Positions 56,791 to 64,000 of a DNA stretch of 64,000 nt are shown here, piece after piece (the stretch's first letter is position 1; each line of letters starts with the position of its first letter). Source of the DNA: Candidatus Uhrbacteria bacterium (GTDB taxonomy: Bacteria > Patescibacteriota > Patescibacteriia > UBA9934 > GWF2-40-263); the NCBI GenBank assembly GCA_016188495.1, contig JACPHU010000028.1:38325-102324 (forward strand), read 5' to 3'. Position numbers and translations under genes: made by a program. A model generated the notes under the pieces. It was given only the letters and a program-made list of their open reading frames with translations. It made no database searches and was not told where the DNA came from.

Positions 56791-57264
56791 TTAGACTAGA
56801 AAAACATCAATGAGAGCAAAAATCACACCGAGAATCACGAACGTAATCTGTAGATAGGTGGTTGCTTCAACGGACGTTTTTGAGAGATCAGAAAGTTCGT
56901 TCAAAATCTCTTTTGCATCGGAAATTGCCTCTGGGTCTTCGTGATTCACACTGAACCACTTCCACACATCAGTAGCCTTGGTTAACAAAAATCCATGCTT
57001 TCTAAAATATGTACGGTCGATCATCATTTGAACTCCACCAAAGACTACAGACATCCCAAAAAAGATTAGACCCCACTTTGAATATAAAAGATCATGCACC
57101 CCACCATCACTAACTATTCGAGTGGCGGCAAGACCTCCAATAGCAAAAGCAATCTTTATCAGTAAGTCTGAAAACTTAAACGCTTGAGCATTCGCCTCGT
57201 GAAGGGATTCTCTTGCGGCAGATTCGAGAGTTTCGGCATTTCTGATTATAAGCTCCTTGTCCAT
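56791..57264 (-). CDS. Hypothetical three-TM membrane protein embedded between hsdM and hsdS
   Basis: 157 aa with hydrophobic helices IAFAIGGLAATRIV, LIFFGMSVVFGGVQMMI and ITFVILGVIFALIDVFLV; no recognised motif. Confidence 0.4.
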   Translation of the reverse strand: MDKELIIRNAETLESAARESLHEANAQAFKFSDLLIKIAFAIGGLAATRIVSDGGVHDLLYSKWGLIFFGMSVVFGGVQMMIDRTYFRKHGFLLTKATDVWKWFSVNHEDPEAISDAKEILNELSDLSKTSVEATTYLQITFVILGVIFALIDVFLV

Positions 57265-57424
57265 ACTATTTTTTGTCCTCTATTTTAGGAGGAATAGGAG
57301 GTTTGGAATCCTGTTTGAAAGGAAACAACGAGACTGGAACGCCATCTGATTTTTGACTCGTCTTTGGATTACGCACCTCAATAAGTTTTTTTGTTTCCGC
57401 TTTCTTATCCATACTGTGTGGAGA

Positions 57425-58207
57425 CTATGTTTTTGACTTTATCGTTTGATTTATTTTATCGAGTTCTTTCTTAACTTGTGCGTCTTTCTCTGACTTTTGC
57501 TTGATTTCAATTTTTTGATCCAAGATCAGTTCAATAGAGAGTCTAATTGGAGAAAAATACTCAAGACACTCTTCCTCTGTCAGCTCATGGACTCCTTTGC
57601 TTAGAATTCCGTAGACAGATTTCATTTGTACTAATTGACTCGGGAGCACAGTTTTCAGAGCGTCCACCTTTTCTTCCATTCGCTTTCTAAGAAAAATAAC
57701 GTCATCAAGACCGAGTGCTGATTTGTTAGCTTTATAAGTTTCAATGATAAGATTTTCAAATATTCTCCGAAGGTAGACAAAAGACCCAGCCCCTACACCA
57801 TGTGCCCTCAAACCAATCGCTTTTTTGTAATTTCTCAAGTCTTCTTCTGAAAGAAGCTTGTCGTATCGCTTACCGATCTCAGCAAATTGGATATCGGCTA
57901 GTGATGGAAACTGCCCCACCTTCATTATCCTTCCACCCTCAAGATCAACGATGAAGAATCTTAATATTGTTGGACCATCACGTTTGCAGGAAAGAGCGAC
58001 ACGTCTAAAAGATTCCCACCCATGGTAATCGTTAACCGTACTTGCACTAATTTCGTAAGTTGTATCGAACCCATCCAAAGAGTTATAGGCGTTGACTGTG
58101 CCTGAATAGATATTGCCTTGTATCTCAGCTTTCGTTACTGGTTCATAAAGCGCGATCTCAAAATAGAATTCGTGCTTGGATATTTTCTTTTCTTCTTCTT
58201 CATCCAT
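57425..58207 (-). CDS. Hypothetical cytoplasmic protein embedded between hsdM and hsdS (possibly DUF4145-like)
   Basis: 260 aa, helical C-terminal half, GLRAHGVGAGSFVYLRRIFENLI. Proteins of unknown function are often embedded in type I R-M operons; the family assignment is a guess. Confidence 0.35.
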   Translation of the reverse strand: MDEEEEKKISKHEFYFEIALYEPVTKAEIQGNIYSGTVNAYNSLDGFDTTYEISASTVNDYHGWESFRRVALSCKRDGPTILRFFIVDLEGGRIMKVGQFPSLADIQFAEIGKRYDKLLSEEDLRNYKKAIGLRAHGVGAGSFVYLRRIFENLIIETYKANKSALGLDDVIFLRKRMEEKVDALKTVLPSQLVQMKSVYGILSKGVHELTEEECLEYFSPIRLSIELILDQKIEIKQKSEKDAQVKKELDKINQTIKSKT

Positions 58208-58212
58208 ACGTA

Positions 58213-59724
58213 TTATTTGATGCCGAGCTGTTTTAAGTACTCGCTCATCTCTTTTTCGAGTTTCTGCAATTCTGGCTCAAGAGCAGCGAGTTCCTTAAGG
58301 TTTGCAGAAATATCAATCTCACCCTCCTCTTCGAAGGTGTCCACGTAGCGGGTGATGTTCAGGTTGTAATCGTTTTCCTTAATTTCATCTAAAGAAATGA
58401 GCCGAGAAAACTTTTCAACCTCTTTGCGATCAGCGTAAGTGTTTACAATTTTGTCCGTGTTTTCATCTGTAAGAATATTCTGCTTCTTGCCAGACTTGAA
58501 TTCCTTGGACGCTTCAATGAAGAGAACGTCTTTGCGGTTTTCGTTTGCTCCGCCTTTTTCGCGGGAACGGTCGAGAATAAGAATGGCGACAGGAATTCCC
58601 GTTGTTTGGAACAGGCTCGCTGGGAGACCGATCACGGCATCAATCATGTTTTCCTCAATGAGTGCTTGGCGAATGCGACCTTCGGCACCGCTTCGGAAAA
58701 GCACACCGTGCGGAACGATAACTGCGACACGTCCAGTCTTTGGTTTCGCAGTCTCAACCATATGCGTAATAAACGCATAGTCGCCTTTTTCGCCTGGTGG
58801 GATACCACGGTGGAAACGCTTGTACTTATCGCCCTCGGCATTCTCCGCACCCCATTTTTTCAAGCTAAAGGGTGGGTTTGCTACAACCACGTCAAACTTC
58901 ATCAAGTGGTCATTCTCAACCAAGAGTGGATTGTTCAAGGTATCACCCCATTCAAGACGTGCGGTGTCCTTGCCGTGCAAGAACATGTTCATCTGGGCGA
59001 GGTGGTACGTTGAACCCGTGCTTTCCTGTCCATACAACGCATAGTTCTTCGATCCCTGCTTTTCAACCTCAGCACCAGCCAAGAGCAGGAGACCACCTGA
59101 ACCCATCGCAGGGTCGCAAATGCGATCGCCCTCCTTTGGTTGTGCGAGACGAGCAAGAAGTCGAGCTACAGGAGTCGGAGTGAAAAATTCACCCGCTTTT
59201 TTACCTGCGTCCGCTCCGAACTTCTCAATCATGTACATGTATGAGTTACCAATGATGTCCTCATTGGTTTCAGACAAGTCAATTTTGTGAAAATCCTGAA
59301 TAAGATGACGGAGCATCTTATTACGTTGTTCTAGCTTGCCGAGCGTTGATTCCGAGTTGAAGTCCACACTGAAGACTCCTTCGAGCTTCGAGCGGTTTTC
59401 CTCTTCGATGCGATGGAATACTTTGTTTAGCTCTTCGCCGATATTGTCCTGTTCATGGATGCTATAGATGTAGTCGAAGGTTGTCTTCGGGGGGAGATAG
59501 AAACGATCAAGCTTCATCTTTTCCTGAATCCGAGCCTCGTCGCTCCCAAAACGTTCCTTGTTTTTCTCATACTGTTTCTTGGAACGGTCGCTCAAGTATT
59601 TAAAGAAGAGCATTGTCAGAACATAGTCCTTGTAAACACCCGCATCAACGGACGTTCGTGACGAGTCCGCGGCCGACCAAAGAACTTTATTGAGGTCGTC
59701 TTGTGAAAATGGTTTGTTGGTCAT
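58213..59724 (-). CDS. hsdM: Type I restriction-modification DNA methyltransferase (N6-adenine) M subunit
   Basis: HsdM N-terminal domain, AdoMet motif DPAMGSGGLLL, catalytic motif VVANPPFS; 503 aa. Confidence 0.85.
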   Translation of the reverse strand: MTNKPFSQDDLNKVLWSAADSSRTSVDAGVYKDYVLTMLFFKYLSDRSKKQYEKNKERFGSDEARIQEKMKLDRFYLPPKTTFDYIYSIHEQDNIGEELNKVFHRIEEENRSKLEGVFSVDFNSESTLGKLEQRNKMLRHLIQDFHKIDLSETNEDIIGNSYMYMIEKFGADAGKKAGEFFTPTPVARLLARLAQPKEGDRICDPAMGSGGLLLLAGAEVEKQGSKNYALYGQESTGSTYHLAQMNMFLHGKDTARLEWGDTLNNPLLVENDHLMKFDVVVANPPFSLKKWGAENAEGDKYKRFHRGIPPGEKGDYAFITHMVETAKPKTGRVAVIVPHGVLFRSGAEGRIRQALIEENMIDAVIGLPASLFQTTGIPVAILILDRSREKGGANENRKDVLFIEASKEFKSGKKQNILTDENTDKIVNTYADRKEVEKFSRLISLDEIKENDYNLNITRYVDTFEEEGEIDISANLKELAALEPELQKLEKEMSEYLKQLGIK

Positions 59725-59729
59725 ACGAG

Positions 59730-60386
59730 TTATTCGGATTTTTTGATAACGATTGAAGAGATGAGTTCGTTGAGCAGGGAGTCGCGTTGCTGGAGTAACT
59801 TTTGTTGAGAAATAACATTGCGGACGAGTTCGACGATGGTGCGTTGCGTTTCGATTGGAGGAACAGGTATCTCTAGTAATGAAAGGTTTTTGGTGAGGAT
59901 GGTTCGGATCGTTGATCCTGACGCGATGCGTTGGAGCTGTTGCTGTCCTTTTGGGGTATTGAGATAGGCACAGACAAATTCGGGAAGAACGTCATCGCGG
60001 TTCACTCGAATGATATGGAGTGACGATGATGCTATGAGGGGAAATCGTTTCTCGTTCACAAACGCAGCTTTGAACCCTCCGCTTGATGTGCCACGCGAGA
60101 CAAGTAGAACATCACCCTTTGACACCATGACCGAATCCGCACGACCGATCACCTTGATTCGTTTGAGACCGTTCTCATCGGCAATCGACCCGTTACCCAG
60201 AAGGTTTGCCGCTTGTACAACCCTTGTGTCTCCATTCGGATCTTGCGGGATCGATCCCCGAAAGCTGAATCCTGTTGAAATAGTTGAAATTTCTTCTAGT
60301 GTTTTATTCACAAGTAAGTCGTTACTGTTTGATAAAGCGACGATACTCCCCCTTGTATTAAGAGTCAAGTTTTTACTTGTACACAT
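59730..60386 (-). CDS. Half-size type I R-M specificity subunit (single TRD)
   Basis: 218 aa, one TRD plus a C-terminal conserved helix (ETQRTIVELVRNVISQQKLLQQRDSLLNELI); directly upstream of hsdM in the same orientation. Confidence 0.6.
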   Translation of the reverse strand: MCTSKNLTLNTRGSIVALSNSNDLLVNKTLEEISTISTGFSFRGSIPQDPNGDTRVVQAANLLGNGSIADENGLKRIKVIGRADSVMVSKGDVLLVSRGTSSGGFKAAFVNEKRFPLIASSSLHIIRVNRDDVLPEFVCAYLNTPKGQQQLQRIASGSTIRTILTKNLSLLEIPVPPIETQRTIVELVRNVISQQKLLQQRDSLLNELISSIVIKKSE

Positions 60387-60686
60387 CCTCCTACTGCATA
60401 TTTATATTTACCAAGTGGTCACACAGACCTCAGTTTTTCCAATAAAGTGGCAGAAGAAGTAGTCAAAACTGACTTTACTTTGGGGTGTTTGTAAGCTATT
60501 CTAGCCCTGACGAAACCCAACCTCCTTACAGGGGATTTTTTCCTTACCGGATCGCACGCATTGAACGGCATCCGGTTAAAACAATTCTCGTACGATCCGT
60601 ACGGGGGTTGGGTTTCGTCACCACCGGGTGTCGTTTTTGTTTTAGCGGCATATGTGTGGACATTACTCTTCACCCCAAACAATCGT

Positions 60687-61739
60687 ATGGCCATCATCAT
60701 TTCATCCAACGGCGGGAAAGCCGTGAAGATAGAAAAATCCTCCTTTGAGAAAGAGGATTATCTACAGCAATACATCTACGAGAATCCGGAGAGCATTCCT
60801 TTGTATGAAATCAAGGAAGACATCCGTCTGCTCATTCTCGCACGCGAGTTTCCTACCAACAGTGGTCCCATCGATGCGATCGGCATTGATAAGTATGGGG
60901 AGCTCTACATTGTTGAAACGAAGCTCTATGCAAATGCAGACAAGAGAAGGGTCATTGCCCAATCGCTTGATTACGGCGCGGCACTCTGGAAACACTCCAA
61001 CGATTTCAATGAATTTTTGAAGATCTTAGATCAGCACACACAGAAGGTATTCAAGCTCCGGACAACGGAAAAAATCAGTGAGTTTTTCGAGCTTGAAACG
61101 GAAGACGTTGATGCAATCTTTGAGAAAGTTCGTGACAATCTCAATAACGGCGTCTTTCATTTCGTCGTCCTCATGGACAAACTCGACGACAGGCTCAAGG
61201 ATCTTATTTTGTACGTGAATCAAAATAGCCAGTTTGATGTCTACGCGGTTGAATTTGAATACTACAAACACGATACGTACGAGATCATCATTCCAAAACT
61301 ATTCGGCACGGAAGTAAAGAAGGATATTGCCGTATCCACATCAGGCATCACACGCAGAAAATGGACGGAGGAACTGATGCTTCAGGATGCAAAACAAAGG
61401 CTCTCTCCAGATGAATTCAAAGGCTTTGAGCAGATCTATGCCTTTTCAAAACAACACGCCAGCGAAATTCGTTTCGGAACAGGTGCCTATGGAACGTTCA
61501 TCCCTATTTTTGGAACGATCTGCGAACGGTCGTTGTTCACTCTTTCAACGGACAAGAGACTTATATTCAATTTCGAATGGATGGAGAAACGGCTCGCCGA
61601 GCTATTCAAAGAAAAATTGGAAACGATCGGCTTCTCATTTTTAGAGAATTATAAAGAATCCAAACCAAGCGTTCTCCCAGAGGAATGGTTGCCAAAGACC
61701 TCTCCGTTTCTTCATGTTATCGAGGAACTTTTGTCTTAA
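60687..61739 (+). CDS. PD-(D/E)xK nuclease-superfamily protein (RecB/Cas4-like fold), hypothetical
   Basis: GPIDAIGIDKYGELYIVETKLYANADKRRVIAQSLDYGAALW contains D, E.K and Q...Y motifs in the right order and spacing. Start at the ATG at 60687; the track start at 60561 precedes a hydrophobic, probably non-coding extension. Confidence 0.45.
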   Translation: MAIIISSNGGKAVKIEKSSFEKEDYLQQYIYENPESIPLYEIKEDIRLLILAREFPTNSGPIDAIGIDKYGELYIVETKLYANADKRRVIAQSLDYGAALWKHSNDFNEFLKILDQHTQKVFKLRTTEKISEFFELETEDVDAIFEKVRDNLNNGVFHFVVLMDKLDDRLKDLILYVNQNSQFDVYAVEFEYYKHDTYEIIIPKLFGTEVKKDIAVSTSGITRRKWTEELMLQDAKQRLSPDEFKGFEQIYAFSKQHASEIRFGTGAYGTFIPIFGTICERSLFTLSTDKRLIFNFEWMEKRLAELFKEKLETIGFSFLENYKESKPSVLPEEWLPKTSPFLHVIEELLS

Positions 61740-61802
61740 ATTCATAAATCAAGATACGATTGGCTACTGCGATCGTATTTTTTAAATCACTCACTTCATT
61801 TC

Positions 61803-62408
61803 ATGGACACCGAAAAGTTATACGTTCGAAAACAAGCCATTAAACTTTCGGGAGGAGAGCGTTTTTCAATTCATAAGGTAAAAGCGCCTACTGTTTTAGA
61901 TTTTTGGCAGTATGGATTCTCGAATCTTAACTCCAACGTCTTGCGCGGAGCACTGGCTGAATTTCTTGTTGAGTGTGCTCTTAAAGAACTGGATGCAATC
62001 GAGATTCGCAATCCGTGGGGGGATTACGATGTTGAGTACAACGGCAAAAAAATTGAAGTGAAGTCCTGTTCGTATCTTCAAGACTGGGATCAACCAAAAC
62101 TTTCCGTCATCAGGTGGGCGGGGCTTAAAGCGAAGTCGCTTTATTGGTCCTCTGCCGTTGGTGATTTTCAGAAGAATGAACAGAAGGAGTACAAGTCAGA
62201 CATTTACGTACTCGCACTTTTAAACCACATGGAGACAGAAACTCTAGATATTCTAGATTTGAATCAATGGTGTTTCTACGTTCTCTCAAAGGAGACACTC
62301 AAGGTCATTTCCCGTGATAAAAGCGCGGTCTCGCTGTCGACGCTACAAAAACACAATGTTGAACCCGTTGGGTTTGATGCATTGAAAACAAAGATCGAAT
62401 CGCTCTAG
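61803..62408 (+). CDS. Hypothetical protein with a PD-(D/E)xK-like motif
   Basis: LAEFLVECALKELD...GDYDVEYNGKKIEVKS fits an E...D...E.K core; 201 aa. Confidence 0.35.
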   Translation: MDTEKLYVRKQAIKLSGGERFSIHKVKAPTVLDFWQYGFSNLNSNVLRGALAEFLVECALKELDAIEIRNPWGDYDVEYNGKKIEVKSCSYLQDWDQPKLSVIRWAGLKAKSLYWSSAVGDFQKNEQKEYKSDIYVLALLNHMETETLDILDLNQWCFYVLSKETLKVISRDKSAVSLSTLQKHNVEPVGFDALKTKIESL

Positions 62409-62923
62409 TCTTTTTCTTCCTCAGACAGATCATGTTCTGATTCATAATCTTCGTTTCGTTCATCCTCCTCTTCTATTACATGATCGATGCCCGCCGCATT
62501 GGCCATTTGTTTCATCATCTCCTCTGTCAATACAGACTCTGACTCGGACAAACCTTTATTGTTTTCACGATAGCGCTTGTGATTATTAGACAGGTAGTAT
62601 TTTTGTGCCTGCACGCTTCCATCGCGAGCTTTTCCAAGAAGAGCGAGCTCAACATTGTCTGCCGTTTTTTCAATCCCACGCCCAATCGCTTCGTCGGCTT
62701 CTATCGTAAAAACCTCATCGTCTGCTCTCCAGCGGCTATAGGTTGAACGGTTGATTCCGATCCGCGAAAGGGCTGCACCAATGTTGGGTGCTTCCTCGAG
62801 GTACTCAAGAAGTTTGGTTTTTTGAGCGCTCTGTCTTTTCTCTATGGTTTCTGCTTTTTTCTTCGCACCACGCTGTCCTTTTGAGAGTTTCTTTTTGATT
62901 GCCATAGAGCACGAACCTTTCAA
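62405..62923 (-). CDS. HTH DNA-binding protein (phage terminase small-subunit-like or regulator)
   Basis: Lys-rich N-terminus, a helix-turn-helix-like LLEYLEEAPNIGAALSRIGINRSTYSRWR, and an acidic C-terminal tail; 172 aa. Confidence 0.35.
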   Translation of the reverse strand: MKGSCSMAIKKKLSKGQRGAKKKAETIEKRQSAQKTKLLEYLEEAPNIGAALSRIGINRSTYSRWRADDEVFTIEADEAIGRGIEKTADNVELALLGKARDGSVQAQKYYLSNNHKRYRENNKGLSESESVLTEEMMKQMANAAGIDHVIEEEDERNEDYESEHDLSEEEKD

Positions 62924-63696
62924 GTCTTATACACCGCAAGGGAGCCGGTCTTTTTCTCCCATCGGTCGATTATGCTCTGACAATACTCAGGATCAATTTC
63001 AATCCCCACACAAACACGCCTTACAACATCACACGCAAACAAGCATGTTCCAGACCCAAGAAAGCCATCGTAGACGATATCTCCAGAGGACGAACTGTTA
63101 AGGATGAGTCGTTGAATGAGATTGATCGGCTTGGTGGTTGGATGGTTGGAACTCTTCCTCGGCTTTGGACAAATGAGAAGCGACTTGTCCGTTGGTTTGT
63201 AGAATGTATGTGTTCCATACCATCCGTAGGCAACCAGTTCGTGTTGTGGAGCATAATCAAGTCTTGCCATCGTTGCTGAAGTTTTGACCCAAATGAGCAG
63301 TTGAGAAAATTTGAACATCTCAGCCAGAATTGCCTGGTGCAAAGACCAGATCATTTTGTCTGAGTTGAAGATGTAGTACGTATTCTTGTCAGTGAGATGT
63401 GGCTTTACGGCACTCAACCATTCTTGCATGAAGGATTGGTACTCCTCATCACTTTGGAGATGGTCTGCTTCTATCACCTTATTTTTAGACAGTGTTTTGA
63501 ATCCACGTGCTCCTTCAACCAGAGCAACGCCGTATGGGGGATCTGTGCAGATAAGAGATACTTTTTTGTCCTGAAGAACCTGCGCAACAAACTGCTTGTC
63601 GCGTGAATCTCCACAACCAAGCGCGTGAGCACCAAGCATCACAATGTCTCCTTTTTTAATCAATCTTTTTTGCTTTTTTGTTTGTGAGTTGTTCAT
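62920..63696 (-). CDS. DNA methyltransferase, beta-class N6-adenine/N4-cytosine (DPPY before the AdoMet motif)
   Basis: Catalytic motif IV LICTDPPYG, then the C-terminal AdoMet motif YDGFLGSGTCLFAC. Start uncertain among Met codons at 63750, 63696 and 63639. Confidence 0.7.
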   Translation of the reverse strand: MNNSQTKKQKRLIKKGDIVMLGAHALGCGDSRDKQFVAQVLQDKKVSLICTDPPYGVALVEGARGFKTLSKNKVIEADHLQSDEEYQSFMQEWLSAVKPHLTDKNTYYIFNSDKMIWSLHQAILAEMFKFSQLLIWVKTSATMARLDYAPQHELVAYGWYGTHTFYKPTDKSLLICPKPRKSSNHPTTKPINLIQRLILNSSSSGDIVYDGFLGSGTCLFACDVVRRVCVGIEIDPEYCQSIIDRWEKKTGSLAVYKT

Positions 63697-64000
63697 ATCG
63701 ATGAATAATAAGTTGAGTAAAGATGGGTTCGATTTCACACAGTCGGGCAACTCGATTCATCTGCTCGCAGGCGATGAGCAAACTGCCCGAGCCTGCGGTC
63801 ATGTCTAAAACAACATCGCCTGATTTTGTGCATCGTCGCAGGAATTTTTCGTAGAGAGCTGGAGGCTTTTGTGTGGGATGTTCGTACTCTTGTCCCGGTA
63901 GTCGACCCACCAGCCAGATGTTAAACAAATCCACAATGTCTGATATTTGTCGGCTTCCCGTTCCAACCTCTTTGTTCATGACTTCCGTAAGATTCGTGAC
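63656..64000 (-). CDS. Second DNA methyltransferase (C-terminal part only; its start lies beyond the window)
   Basis: The C-terminal AdoMet motif VVLDMTAGSGSLLIACEQ and the tail IIHRYEQL are paralogous to the preceding MTase; the minus-strand frame stays open to position 64000. Confidence 0.5.
   Translation of the reverse strand, partial: VTNLTEVMNKEVGTGSRQISDIVDLFNIWLVGRLPGQEYEHPTQKPPALYEKFLRRCTKSGDVVLDMTAGSGSLLIACEQMNRVARLCEIEPIFTQLIIHRYEQLTNKKAKKID

Overview
This 64-kb window looks like a small-genome, low-G+C bacterium. Scattered cell-wall and division genes (mraY, ftsW, murG, murD, ftsA, ftsZ), a giant surface protein and weak Shine-Dalgarno usage suggest a CPR/Patescibacteria-like lineage, but that is an inference.

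Core genes, read from conserved motifs, are: rpmA, a NifU-like protein, a P-type cation ATPase, tRNA-Lys, ybeY, dgkA, nrdR, an HtrA protease, pyruvate kinase and tRNA-Asp.

Three things stand out:
- (1) A family of ~130-nt palindromic elements has four copies whose stems covary. One copy is inserted in-frame inside the ATPase gene with a flanking direct repeat, much like Rickettsia palindromic elements.
- (2) A visibly G+C-richer island (~11.5-23.7 kb) carries a membrane-anchored DEDDh exonuclease, a DEAH/RHA helicase and about 12 proteins I cannot place. It also carries two families of conserved structured intergenic repeats; the larger one has 5 copies.
- (3) A mobile/defence island downstream of tRNA-Asp (47-64 kb, continuing past the window) carries a large serine recombinase, a type I R-M locus (half hsdS, hsdM, two unknown genes, hsdS, a KTSC-domain protein, hsdR, a YgjP-like hydrolase), four PD-(D/E)xK-like nuclease proteins and two tandem DNA methyltransferases.

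A secreted 623-aa Ig-like protein and a 3409-aa adhesin (IPT/TIG repeats, Cys-rich repeats, VWA domain) share a TrbC/VirB2-pilin-like N-terminal module. Three tandem membrane-anchored paralogs with a TSP3-like calcium-binding module follow them.

No rRNA or CRISPR array was seen. All calls come from reading the sequence and ORF translations; I ran no database searches.
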